This document shows, piece after piece, positions 40,227-49,375 of a stretch of 54,118 nucleotides of DNA. Both the position numbers and the translations under genes were made by a program. Below the pieces are notes generated by a model that searched no databases, was not told where the DNA came from, and worked only from the letters and a program-made list of their open reading frames with translations. The DNA comes from Candidatus Heimdallarchaeota archaeon. Lineage in GTDB: Archaea; Asgardarchaeota; Heimdallarchaeia; Heimdallarchaeales; Heimdallarchaeaceae. The DNA lies in contig JAAFKJ010000081.1 in NCBI GenBank assembly GCA_021399395.1, positions 1-54,118 of the forward strand, read 5' to 3'. Every line of letters begins with the position of its first letter. Within the stretch, counting starts at the first letter, position 1.

Positions 40227-43049
40227 GTGCCACGCATTTTTAGGTTCAAAAAATTTCTGTTCATTTTTCTAATGGTCTGTTGTATGTTTACATATACGAC
40301 ATTTGCACAGAAAGAAGAACTTGCACCAATAAGCACTCCTTCAAAAAAACTAGACTTAGAAGAAATAATAAAAGGAAAACAGTTTCGAGATGAGTTTCTT
40401 GAATCGAATTCAAATGAAGAGTTCAGAGTATTTGTGAAGACTAATAACAACAGAGCGACAAATCTTCTGAAACGAGTTGGTAGAAATGTTAATACTTTCT
40501 ATAGTTATTCAGGGACTGCAATATCGATATCTAAAGCAAATTTACTGGAGCTAATCTTTGATGGATTAGTGATTGGTGTTTGGGAAAATTCAAAGATTTA
40601 TACTTCAGAAGGTGATTATAGTCTTACTTCTTTGAATTATACTCAAGAAGTAGCTAATTATACTGAAATGGTATCAGCTGATACCTTGTGGAGTAGTGGT
40701 TTATATGGACGCAATACAAAAGTAGCAATTTTAGATTCAGGGATAAAGACCGATCATCCAGCACTAAATGTTACAATGAGTGACATAAACAGAATTACCA
40801 ATGCATGGAATTTCATAGGTAATAATGCTGATGTAGAAGATGATCATGGGCATGGAACAAGCGTTGCAGGCATAATAGGTGGAAATGGACTTTATGGTTA
40901 TGATCGAGGCGTAGCACCCAATTGCAGTTTCATGATAGCTAAAATACTTGATTATAATGGAATGGGAACGCTAGAATTATTGATACAGGGAATTGATTGG
41001 GCTATAGAAAATAACGCGGATATCATCAATCTCTCACTAGGGACACTAGTCACTGACAAAGGATCTCCTGATATAGAAGCAGTAAATAATGCGGTTGGAA
41101 ACGATACAATAGTTTGTGTTGCGGCTGGAAATTCCAGAGGGAAAGAAGAATTCGGTTATAATGACATGTATACTATATTATCTCCGGGAATTGCTAAACA
41201 AGCTATAACCGTGGGAGCAATAGATAGCAATCGTATTTTATACAAACATAGTGGAGCTGGTCCAGTAGCTGTAAACTATGATGATTATTCTGATAAATTT
41301 GTTTTTGATGATATTAATCTGGTAAATACTTGGTTAAAACCTGATGTGGTAGCACCTGGGGTGATGATAAATACAACTGCTTTTGAAAGCCAAAAAACAG
41401 CTGTTGTTTCTGGAACAAGTTTTTCCACAGCTGTTGTTTCAGGAATTTGTTCATTATTGAAAGAATTTTTTTCGGATAACAAACCATCTACATTCAAAGC
41501 TTCTTTTCTTGAAACTGCAATTGATATATCTCCAGAAATAGAGACACCTTTAGGTGAATCTATAGAATTAACAATCTCTTCAAAATACCAGGGAGCAGGC
41601 CTTGTTAATGTAACTGCAGCAGGTATTTTCTTAATCAGTCCTCCCCCTATAACAATTTGGCCAAACAGAGTACCTTTTACAAAAGAAGTTTTCCTTCTAA
41701 ATGAATATGATTCTTTTTTCATTAGCGTGTTTGTAAACAGTCCAATTAATTCTCTTTCAATACGCTATTATGCTACATTGAGACCTTCTCTGAGTTTTCT
41801 TAATGTTCCCAGATCCCCGGAAATTGGCCAGTATGATATCTTGATAAGTCTGGATACAACCACAGGAGATGCTGGTCAAACAGACTTTTCTGTAAATTTC
41901 AATGATGGTTTTAGGGATTATGAACTTGAGGTTTCTCTTTATATTGCAAAAGGAAAAGGAAGAATTTTGTATGATTGTAATGAGGTGGGTGAAGATATTC
42001 ATTATTCAATGTATGGGAATCTAAACACCCTTTTAGACATATCCAGATATCTCGGTTTTGTCCCTTCTGTTTTATCTAAAGATGGAATACCTACACATTT
42101 TTCAGATCTTAACTTGAACCATTTTGAAGCAATTGCGCTTATTAACCACAACAGTTCATCGTTGTATGAGTTTACGAGTACTGATGAAGCCGCGCTTCTA
42201 GACTATATCCTTCCTGATGGTGAGTATAATGGTGGGTCAATAATATTCTTACCCACAAGAAGTAGTGATATTTTAGGCTTGAACTCAATGCTGGAGTCTT
42301 TTAACATTACTTATAGTTCGTTATTAATTGAAAATGAATCATTGGATTTATCTTCATTGGATCATCCACTTGTAACCAGTTATAATTCAATTGATGTTCT
42401 TTCATTGCCATCTCCTCTAGAAGTTTTGAAGGAAAATGATACAGTTAATACAATTGCTGATAGATTTGTTTACTTGGATTCACGACTAAGTGGAGGATCT
42501 CTTATATTAGCATGTAATAACATTGAAATGTTCTTGAATTCTCCTTACCTGTTCAATGCTCTAACTTCCACTTATCAGGAAAAGCAATCATCACTTAATT
42601 TTGGGGATAATTATCAGATGTACGAAAATATTTTAGCATCTTCTGCAGTCTCAGATATTTCTGTGAACTATTCAATTAGTACCACTGAAATTAAAATGAA
42701 TACTGAAGTACAAGTTACAATGTCTACTAGTAATAACTTTGGTCCGATAATTGGATGGGATTTCTTCCTAACATTGGAGACTTTGCCACAATCAAAATAC
42801 AGGATTGAGGTGAATTATTATGAACTATTAGATTATAATAATGGAACTTATACTTTCTTTTTTTCTCCTGGAGACTACCCTATTCCCGGAGGAACTTATC
42901 TGCTCTCTATTCGCTCTCCTTATGAGACCAAAACTTGGTCTGTGTACGTAATTGATGATTATTCTTGGGGACCAACACTTGTTACAATATCTATTGCAGT
43001 TTGTGTTGCATTTCTTATAGTGGTTCGAATAAGAATTTCTAAGAAATAA
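40227..43049 (+). CDS. Secreted subtilisin-like serine protease (peptidase S8) with large C-terminal extension and TM anchor
   Basis: Signal peptide FKKFLFIFLMVCCMFTYTTFAQ. Catalytic Asp VAILDSGI, His DDHGHGTSVAG, Asn AAGNS, Ser SGTSFSTAVVSG. C-terminal anchor LVTISIAVCVAFLIVVRIRISKK. Confidence 0.85.
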   Translation: MPRIFRFKKFLFIFLMVCCMFTYTTFAQKEELAPISTPSKKLDLEEIIKGKQFRDEFLESNSNEEFRVFVKTNNNRATNLLKRVGRNVNTFYSYSGTAISISKANLLELIFDGLVIGVWENSKIYTSEGDYSLTSLNYTQEVANYTEMVSADTLWSSGLYGRNTKVAILDSGIKTDHPALNVTMSDINRITNAWNFIGNNADVEDDHGHGTSVAGIIGGNGLYGYDRGVAPNCSFMIAKILDYNGMGTLELLIQGIDWAIENNADIINLSLGTLVTDKGSPDIEAVNNAVGNDTIVCVAAGNSRGKEEFGYNDMYTILSPGIAKQAITVGAIDSNRILYKHSGAGPVAVNYDDYSDKFVFDDINLVNTWLKPDVVAPGVMINTTAFESQKTAVVSGTSFSTAVVSGICSLLKEFFSDNKPSTFKASFLETAIDISPEIETPLGESIELTISSKYQGAGLVNVTAAGIFLISPPPITIWPNRVPFTKEVFLLNEYDSFFISVFVNSPINSLSIRYYATLRPSLSFLNVPRSPEIGQYDILISLDTTTGDAGQTDFSVNFNDGFRDYELEVSLYIAKGKGRILYDCNEVGEDIHYSMYGNLNTLLDISRYLGFVPSVLSKDGIPTHFSDLNLNHFEAIALINHNSSSLYEFTSTDEAALLDYILPDGEYNGGSIIFLPTRSSDILGLNSMLESFNITYSSLLIENESLDLSSLDHPLVTSYNSIDVLSLPSPLEVLKENDTVNTIADRFVYLDSRLSGGSLILACNNIEMFLNSPYLFNALTSTYQEKQSSLNFGDNYQMYENILASSAVSDISVNYSISTTEIKMNTEVQVTMSTSNNFGPIIGWDFFLTLETLPQSKYRIEVNYYELLDYNNGTYTFFFSPGDYPIPGGTYLLSIRSPYETKTWSVYVIDDYSWGPTLVTISIAVCVAFLIVVRIRISKK

Positions 43050-43461
43050 GAATTTGGTAAACGTTTTTACTATATTTTGCGAGTATAGTCATTCCAAGTG
43101 CTAAACTGTAGATGTCTTTTGATGCTGCTAAAACTATATATTGATCAAGATTTAGAAGAATGACAAACCCTTCTGTTCCTTTGATTATAACCTGATCGAG
43201 ATTTCCACATTTGATTTGGTTTACAGTTTGTTGACCCGCTGAATTTAAGGCGGAAGCTAGTGCTGACATTATAACTTGATCTGTACTTTTTTCAGCGAAA
43301 AATGCGAGCTCTTGTCCTTCCGAACTTACCACTGCTATGGCACTTAAACTACATTCCTTTGAGATATCTCTTAATATACTAATTAGATTAGTTTTCTTCT
43401 CTTGGGATAAATCATCCATCATTAAGCTAGAACAACTCTGTAAAATTATAAACTTTCGCAT
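43039..43461 (-). CDS. Roadblock/LC7 (MglB-like) domain protein
   Basis: LISILRDISKECSLSAIAVVSSEGQELAFFAE, then the helix VIMSALASALNSAGQQTVNQI, then LDQVIIKGTEGFVILLNLDQYIVLAASKD. Its 3' end overlaps the convergent protease gene by 11 nt. Confidence 0.6.
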   Translation of the reverse strand: MRKFIILQSCSSLMMDDLSQEKKTNLISILRDISKECSLSAIAVVSSEGQELAFFAEKSTDQVIMSALASALNSAGQQTVNQIKCGNLDQVIIKGTEGFVILLNLDQYIVLAASKDIYSLALGMTILAKYSKNVYQILIS

Positions 43462-43469
43462 ATTTTGAA

Positions 43470-44105
43470 CTAAATCAATTTGTCTTTATGTTTCTTGCAA
43501 ATCGGAGTTGAAACCTCTAAATCCTTATCTTTAGTTTTGTAAACCCAAACATTTAACGCAAAGGCAGGCTCACCACAAATGTAACAAGATTTTTCCTCGT
43601 AAATTGGTTTCTTTTTTCTCGGCATACGATTCCAATGATCTTTGAAATCTTCAAAAGTATCGGTGTATTTCTTGTGAAGTCTTTGAGCTTCTTCATCCTC
43701 ACTAGGTTTATTCCCTGTGGAAAAAACAATATAGCTCCAAACTGCGATGGAAAGTATATTCCCAAATGACTTTAATGGAATATAATGATAACCTGTAATG
43801 TTAATTTGTTGATAACTTTTTTCCATAATGAAGTCTATCATAATATCTTTTCTATGTGAAGTCTGTCCTATGTCTAATTGATACTTCCTGGTAACACGAA
43901 CAATCCTCTTGGAGAGCTCTTCAAATAACCAATCTACGGTTCTTTGACTGCCTTTTCTTCTTATGTTGAGAAATTTGATTTCCAAAATGGGAAAAGATAT
44001 ATCGATGAATATCTCGCTAACGGCTGCATTTGCTTTTCTTACCAAATACTCGTATAAACCATTCGGAAAGGTAAATTTCTTAGGACTAGATGCCACTTTC
44101 TTCAC
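43470..44105 (-). CDS. Hypothetical protein (211 aa) with C-terminal Cys/His pairs
   Basis: A clean ORF ending 8 nt upstream of the Roadblock gene. The C-terminus CYICGEP...(x23)...CKKH could bind a metal. No family recognised. Confidence 0.4.
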   Translation of the reverse strand: MKKVASSPKKFTFPNGLYEYLVRKANAAVSEIFIDISFPILEIKFLNIRRKGSQRTVDWLFEELSKRIVRVTRKYQLDIGQTSHRKDIMIDFIMEKSYQQINITGYHYIPLKSFGNILSIAVWSYIVFSTGNKPSEDEEAQRLHKKYTDTFEDFKDHWNRMPRKKKPIYEEKSCYICGEPAFALNVWVYKTKDKDLEVSTPICKKHKDKLI

Positions 44106-44174
44106 GTATCAAGCTTGATTTAATAAAGAAAGAGAAAGACTAACCTAAAAATATAACGTAAGAAAAAACAATTA

Positions 44175-44504
44175 TCAGTTGCCTTTTGCTGCTTTTTCAA
44201 CAAGAGATTTTAGTTTGTCTCTTTTCGCGCCAATTAACGAGTTAAAAGGCTTACCATCTTTAAATACTACAAATGTAGGTAGACTAGAAATCATGTGCTT
44301 TTGAGCAAAAGCAGATTCAGTATCCATGTTCATACGAACAAATCTTAGTTGATTAGCATACTTTTCTGATAGCTGTTCGAAATATGGTTCGATCCCCTTA
44401 CATGGGCCACACCATGGAGCCCAAGTATCTACAACGATTGGTTTAGTTTCTGTCTGTAATATTTCTTCAAATTCCTCAAAAGTTATGTCTGGTATTTTTC
44501 CCAT
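44175..44504 (-). CDS. trxA: Thioredoxin
   Basis: Active site WAPWCGPCK. The 109-aa size and the cis-Pro context SLPTFVVF fit thioredoxin. Confidence 0.9.
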   Translation of the reverse strand: MGKIPDITFEEFEEILQTETKPIVVDTWAPWCGPCKGIEPYFEQLSEKYANQLRFVRMNMDTESAFAQKHMISSLPTFVVFKDGKPFNSLIGAKRDKLKSLVEKAAKGN

Positions 44505-44714
44505 TTTCTTATCACTTTATTGCGCGTTATACTAATTTGTTTGCTTTTTCAACCACTAGTATATATCTATTGGTGTCTTGAAAATATTTTATAAATAAAA
44601 ATCTATGTAAAACAACCAATGGAAGGAAAGTTTAAGTATATATTTTCAAAGTTTAAATAAGTAAATTAGTGATTAGAGAATGTCTTAAATCACAATAAAT
44701 GGTGTTTGACTTTT

Positions 44715-46724
44715 ATGAGTTCCAGAGTATACGATGATATCAAAGACGCAATAACTAAGGTTCTAAAAAGCAAGTATAAAAGAGAGTTAGATCTAAATTG
44801 GACATTTCCACGTTCTTCTGAACTCGGTGATATCAGCTTTCCTTTGTTTAAAATGTCTAAAGAACTAAAAGAATCTCCTCAAGAAATTGGTAATTTCATT
44901 TTGGAGAACTTACCAAAAACCGATATTATTGAGAAATCAGCTCTTCACGGTGGATTTTTGAATATTTTTCTGAAGAAGAGTGAATTCTTTTCCAAGCTCT
45001 TAAACAACATACAAGAGCAAGAGAAATACGGTGCTAGTAGGGTAAGATCGAATGAGAGGATAATTGTAGAGCACACTTCCTCTAATCCTACTGGACCTTT
45101 ACATGTTGGTAATGTTAGAAGTTCAATAATAGGAGATGTTATTGGACGTCTATACAAGTTCTTAGGAGCTGAAGTGAATATACGTTACTATGTCAATGAT
45201 CTTGGAAGACAAATCGCACCATTAGTTATAGGTTATCAACTGGTAAAGGATGAGATTACACCAGATACAAAAATCGACCTTTGGGTAGGTAAACTTTATG
45301 CAATTATGAATACATTATTTGAAATTAATCAGATAAAGAATCTTATGGAATCCAAAGGTAATAAAGCTGATGGCAAGTCTTCCAAATATGAATTAACTGA
45401 GGTGGAAATTGCTGAATATGAAAGTATTCTTGAAAATGAAGATGCAGAAAATAAGATTTCTTCTCAACTCAATAAACTTCTGAGGGTTCAATCCTCTCTA
45501 AAAAATCGTATACCAAAACTATACACTGTTCTATATGAAGCAACTAATGAGAATATTGCTGATTTGAATTCTCAAACAACCCTGTATGTTAAGAAGTTTC
45601 AAGAAGGCAAAGACAAAGAGATTGTATCTCAATTTAGAGAGCTAACAGAGAAGGTTTTAGCTGGTCACATTGAGACACTAAAAATGCTCAATATTTTCAT
45701 TGAGGATTATGATTGGGAATCTACATATGCTTGGTCTGGTGAAGTACCACAGGTTTTAGATGAACTTAGCAAGAAAGGATATCTTAGACATGATGATAAA
45801 GCTAGATTACTTCTTTGTGATAAAATAGCGAGAGAAACTTCTTACAAAACAAAATATGATATTAAACACGAATTGTCTGATTTAATAATAGTTAACTCTG
45901 AAGGTATCACTCTTTACGTGTGTCGAGATATAGTCTATCATCTGCATAAATTAGACAAATTTGATGCAACCTATTGTTATAACGTAATAAGTAAACAACA
46001 ACAATTAGCTCAACAGGGCGTCAAACTCGCTCTTTATGCTTTAGGAAAACCTGAAATTGCAGATAAAATAGAGCACTATGATTATGAGTATGTCTCACTT
46101 GTAGGTAGGAAAATGGCTGGTAGAGAGTTTGAATATGTTACACCTGATGAGATATATGAACTAACTCAAAAAGAGATATATGAAATCCTCAAGAACAGAG
46201 AATATCAACAAGAACAGATGGATGAGATCGCACAGAAAGTCTCCTCAAGTAGTGTGAAATATCATATTCTCAAAATGGATCCACAAAAAACAATAAAATT
46301 CGATGTTAAGAAAGCAGCAGACCCAAATGAAAACTCTGGTCCTTTTCTACAATATTCATTTGCAAGAGCTCTAAATATCTTACTAAAAGCTCCAGATAAA
46401 GGGATAGATGTTAAAGAAATAATTGATAATGCTAATTCAATTGATCTAAAAATAGAATCAGAAGCTGAATGGAACCTCATTAAAATGATTGAAGATCTAC
46501 CTCATGTACTTATCAAATCTTTGAAAACAGTAAAACCAGATTCAGTTGCAAACTTTACCTATTCTCTAGCTGCAGCTTTTCACAAATTCTATGATGCTTG
46601 TCCTGTCCTAATTGCGAAAGAAGCAGCTGTTCTTCAAACCCGAATTCTTATTGTATATTCAACCATCAAATGCCTTGAAAGTTTATTTGAAGTGATGGGA
46701 ATTGATATTTTAGAAAAGATGTAA
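44715..46724 (+). CDS. argS: Arginine--tRNA ligase
   Basis: Class I HIGH region HTSSNPTGPLHVGNVRS. VNDLGRQI block. C-terminal anticodon-binding (DALR-type) helical domain. I chose the ATG at 44715 over the TTG at 44706. Confidence 0.85.
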   Translation: MSSRVYDDIKDAITKVLKSKYKRELDLNWTFPRSSELGDISFPLFKMSKELKESPQEIGNFILENLPKTDIIEKSALHGGFLNIFLKKSEFFSKLLNNIQEQEKYGASRVRSNERIIVEHTSSNPTGPLHVGNVRSSIIGDVIGRLYKFLGAEVNIRYYVNDLGRQIAPLVIGYQLVKDEITPDTKIDLWVGKLYAIMNTLFEINQIKNLMESKGNKADGKSSKYELTEVEIAEYESILENEDAENKISSQLNKLLRVQSSLKNRIPKLYTVLYEATNENIADLNSQTTLYVKKFQEGKDKEIVSQFRELTEKVLAGHIETLKMLNIFIEDYDWESTYAWSGEVPQVLDELSKKGYLRHDDKARLLLCDKIARETSYKTKYDIKHELSDLIIVNSEGITLYVCRDIVYHLHKLDKFDATYCYNVISKQQQLAQQGVKLALYALGKPEIADKIEHYDYEYVSLVGRKMAGREFEYVTPDEIYELTQKEIYEILKNREYQQEQMDEIAQKVSSSSVKYHILKMDPQKTIKFDVKKAADPNENSGPFLQYSFARALNILLKAPDKGIDVKEIIDNANSIDLKIESEAEWNLIKMIEDLPHVLIKSLKTVKPDSVANFTYSLAAAFHKFYDACPVLIAKEAAVLQTRILIVYSTIKCLESLFEVMGIDILEKM

Positions 46725-46737
46725 AAGGTTATGTTCA

Positions 46738-47718
46738 ATGACTACTATTGAAATGATTTATGGTGGATTTGACCCCGCATTTATCGACATCAATATTCAA
46801 CCTATAAATGAGATGAATGGTGAACTTATAAACGAATTACCACCACTCGGATCTCACCATACCAAAACTAAAATTAGTCTCATACCTGGAGGTAATGGAT
46901 TTAATTTTTGTAGAACACTTGCTACTTTAGGACGTTCAATCACCTTCGTTGGGCCTTCATCACAACTATATGAAAATCTGATAAAAGAGCATAATATTCC
47001 TTTGAAAGTTAAAGCAATAGAAAATGCAGAAGTGAATTATACAGGAATCTTAAATTTACTAAATGGAGAAATCCAATTTAACTCGGTAAAAGGACAACTT
47101 TCTGTTGAAAACTTATCTGCTGATATAATTGAGTGTTATAGAAAAAGCCCATTGAAATCAATTAGTAATATTGCTTTGAACCCTACTTCTATAGAATGGA
47201 TAAGTTCTCTTGTACTAAGTCTGTGGTCAAAAGATTTACTCCAAGATTATCAAGATAAGTTTAACCCTCTTAGTTTATTGCAAGAACAGACAGAGACTAC
47301 TTTTGAAGGCATTATTTTTATTGACCCAAGTGATATCACCGGATTTAACCATCTTAAAGAATTTCAGATATTTCTTTCAGAATTAAGGAAATTAAAGGGA
47401 GAAAAATATTTGTCGGTTAATGAAAATGAATTAAGGTGTATTTCTGATCTATTCCGAAAAACACCTCAGGATTTATCTGAATCTCTTGAATTGCCGATAA
47501 TCTATCATTCAGCAGACGAAGTTGTTTTTTATGGAAAAAAGAATATCAAACTATCAACTAAAAAACTAGATACAAAAAGAACATTCGTTGGAGCTGGAGA
47601 CTGTTTTAATGGTTCCTTTATTCATTCTATCTTTGACAATAATTCTATTGAAGATTCTTTAGGTTTCGCAATCGAATCTTCTTCTTATCTTATTGAGACT
47701 GGAAAATATCCTTCATGA
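46738..47718 (+). CDS. PfkB/ribokinase-family carbohydrate or nucleoside kinase
   Basis: N-terminal GGNGFNF and C-terminal FVGAGDCFNGSFI (the GAGD anion-hole/catalytic motif). Confidence 0.6.
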   Translation: MTTIEMIYGGFDPAFIDINIQPINEMNGELINELPPLGSHHTKTKISLIPGGNGFNFCRTLATLGRSITFVGPSSQLYENLIKEHNIPLKVKAIENAEVNYTGILNLLNGEIQFNSVKGQLSVENLSADIIECYRKSPLKSISNIALNPTSIEWISSLVLSLWSKDLLQDYQDKFNPLSLLQEQTETTFEGIIFIDPSDITGFNHLKEFQIFLSELRKLKGEKYLSVNENELRCISDLFRKTPQDLSESLELPIIYHSADEVVFYGKKNIKLSTKKLDTKRTFVGAGDCFNGSFIHSIFDNNSIEDSLGFAIESSSYLIETGKYPS

Positions 47719-47805
47719 TTACATATCTCAAAAAGAATAAATACGTGAACACAAGTATTAACTCAAGCAGTTCTCGTAGCAAAATTGATGGAAGTATGCT
47801 AAACT

Positions 47806-48840
47806 ATGTCACTTAAAGTTGAAGATTCCAAAGAATACAAAGAAATCCAGAAAAGAATTGATTTATTACAACTTCTCAAGCAATACTATGGCACAGGGGC
47901 AAATTTCTATGATTTTGATACAGGAGAACTCCCACTTAGAGAGCTCATAGCTTTTATGTCTGATGAAGGATTTCCTAGACGACTTCCAGAAGCTGATCAT
48001 GTCCTCAAAAGAATCGATGAAGAAATAATTGCTTTGGAAAATAAAAAGAAAGGAATGAGATTGCAAGAAATGGATGATCGGAATCTCAATTCTCTCCTGA
48101 TTATAACTTCCTGGACAAAACTCATTGGTACTCCGAATAAAGGTGTCTTTCTTGATAAACCAGTCATAGATCTGAGAAGAGACACTATTGTTATGCTCAC
48201 TGATGAAACCCAAACTTTCAAAGAATTAACAGATGAAAGAATTGCAGTAATATTCGGCCCTGGTATTTATTATTCAGAATTCTCGGTTGATGGAAAAAAC
48301 TATTTGGAAGATTCTTTTGAGATAAATGGTGTATGTTTGCCATTGGATCTACTTGGAAAAATTTATACTGCTGATAAAATTTATCATTCAGATAAGATTG
48401 ATGCTACTATTACAGAAGTATCAACTATTTTACCTTTTCACATACTAGAACAGACTGAATCAGTTCAAACATATATTAAAGGAATTATCAGTAGAAATGT
48501 ATTTCTTCCAAACAAAGCTGCAATTGAAAAGTTCAATCAACAAATAATGGATCCAGCTTCCTATCAATCTTCAGAAGGTTTCAAAGTAATGTCAGCTCAT
48601 CCTCTATGGTATAACAAACTTCTCGTTGAGCCTGATTATGAATTTAGAACCGGTAGTGGTAAGAAAGCATATAGTACTGCGGGAATAGGCTCTTTATCTG
48701 GAATGGTTCATAAAATCAAACCAATTATTTTCTCTTCACCCCAAAAAGAAAGAGAACAATTGGAGAGAATAGAGGAGATAGTTAAACAATACCGCGAAAT
48801 GGGTTTTAAACTCTTAAAAGCATGGATACCATCTTATTAA
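47806..48840 (+). CDS. Hypothetical protein (344 aa)
   Basis: A long clean ORF with coding-like composition. No motif recognised. Confidence 0.45.
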   Translation: MSLKVEDSKEYKEIQKRIDLLQLLKQYYGTGANFYDFDTGELPLRELIAFMSDEGFPRRLPEADHVLKRIDEEIIALENKKKGMRLQEMDDRNLNSLLIITSWTKLIGTPNKGVFLDKPVIDLRRDTIVMLTDETQTFKELTDERIAVIFGPGIYYSEFSVDGKNYLEDSFEINGVCLPLDLLGKIYTADKIYHSDKIDATITEVSTILPFHILEQTESVQTYIKGIISRNVFLPNKAAIEKFNQQIMDPASYQSSEGFKVMSAHPLWYNKLLVEPDYEFRTGSGKKAYSTAGIGSLSGMVHKIKPIIFSSPQKEREQLERIEEIVKQYREMGFKLLKAWIPSY

Positions 48841-48842
48841 CA

Positions 48843-49367
48843 TCACAATATAGTTAATGCTGCAATTTGCTCTAACACCCTTTTTTCTACTATTAAGATG
48901 TCTTCTTCACATTTGTATCTTTGACTTAGTTCTTTAATACCAATGAGGGGAAACTGAAGTTCTAATCTTTTCTCTTCAGAAATATTGATTGAACTTAAGA
49001 AATGCTCTACAGCTTCTTTGTTTTCGTCTGAACTTCCTCCAAAAGCTATGATCATAATAACGTTGCATGTTACTTTTATTCCAAATAATTCTAACGCATT
49101 TGATATTTGCTTCTTACCTGAAACCCTTAACAAAAATTCTGTAGCTTGATCTCTAGCTATGTTTTTGTTCTGTTCAAAGGCTTTTAGAGTGTGATAAATT
49201 GAAATCAAAAGATGTTTTTCACTCACTATTAGTGTGGGATCGATGAGCTGCAGTCGAACCTTTTTATTTTGTTTCAATTTCAATTTTTCTAGAAATTCAT
49301 CTAAATTCATATCTTTTGGAGTAAAAAAAACTTGATAATGAAAATTAATTTCTTCTTCATTATGCAT
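48843..49367 (-). CDS. cgi121: KEOPS complex subunit Cgi121
   Basis: The pattern LQLIDPTLIVSEKHLLISIYHTLKAFEQNKNIARDQATEFLLRVSGKKQISNALELFGIK and the C-terminal VLEQIAALTIL parallel archaeal Cgi121 sequences. Confidence 0.6.
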   Translation of the reverse strand: MHNEEEINFHYQVFFTPKDMNLDEFLEKLKLKQNKKVRLQLIDPTLIVSEKHLLISIYHTLKAFEQNKNIARDQATEFLLRVSGKKQISNALELFGIKVTCNVIMIIAFGGSSDENKEAVEHFLSSINISEEKRLELQFPLIGIKELSQRYKCEEDILIVEKRVLEQIAALTIL

Positions 49368-49375
49368 TCGTATAA

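Noticed and set aside
40214-40450. A 78-aa minus ORF over the subtilase start region.
   Set aside because: It is antisense to the signal-peptide-coding part of a strongly supported gene and has no motifs.
41285-41722. A 145-aa minus-strand ORF inside the subtilase gene, plus many similar antisense or off-frame ORFs in the track. Examples: 3010-3201, 3078-3359, 3401-3788, 4221-4502, 5572-5820, 12852-13118, 17434-17631, 18212-18403, 18511-18750, 20092-20385, 23336-23684, 24773-25138, 25584-25808, 26668-27545, 30877-31146, 32134-32513, 34715-34909, 36202-36399, 37812-38012, 38685-38879, 39851-40108, 41757-42002, 43553-43765, 44945-45157, 46262-46480, 47866-48221, 49926-50252, 51707-51910.
   Set aside because: Each lies wholly inside a longer ORF on the other strand or frame that carries strong family motifs. 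Their translations are low-complexity or Ser/Leu/Ile/Phe-rich, as expected for shadow frames in AT-rich DNA. None has a recognisable motif.
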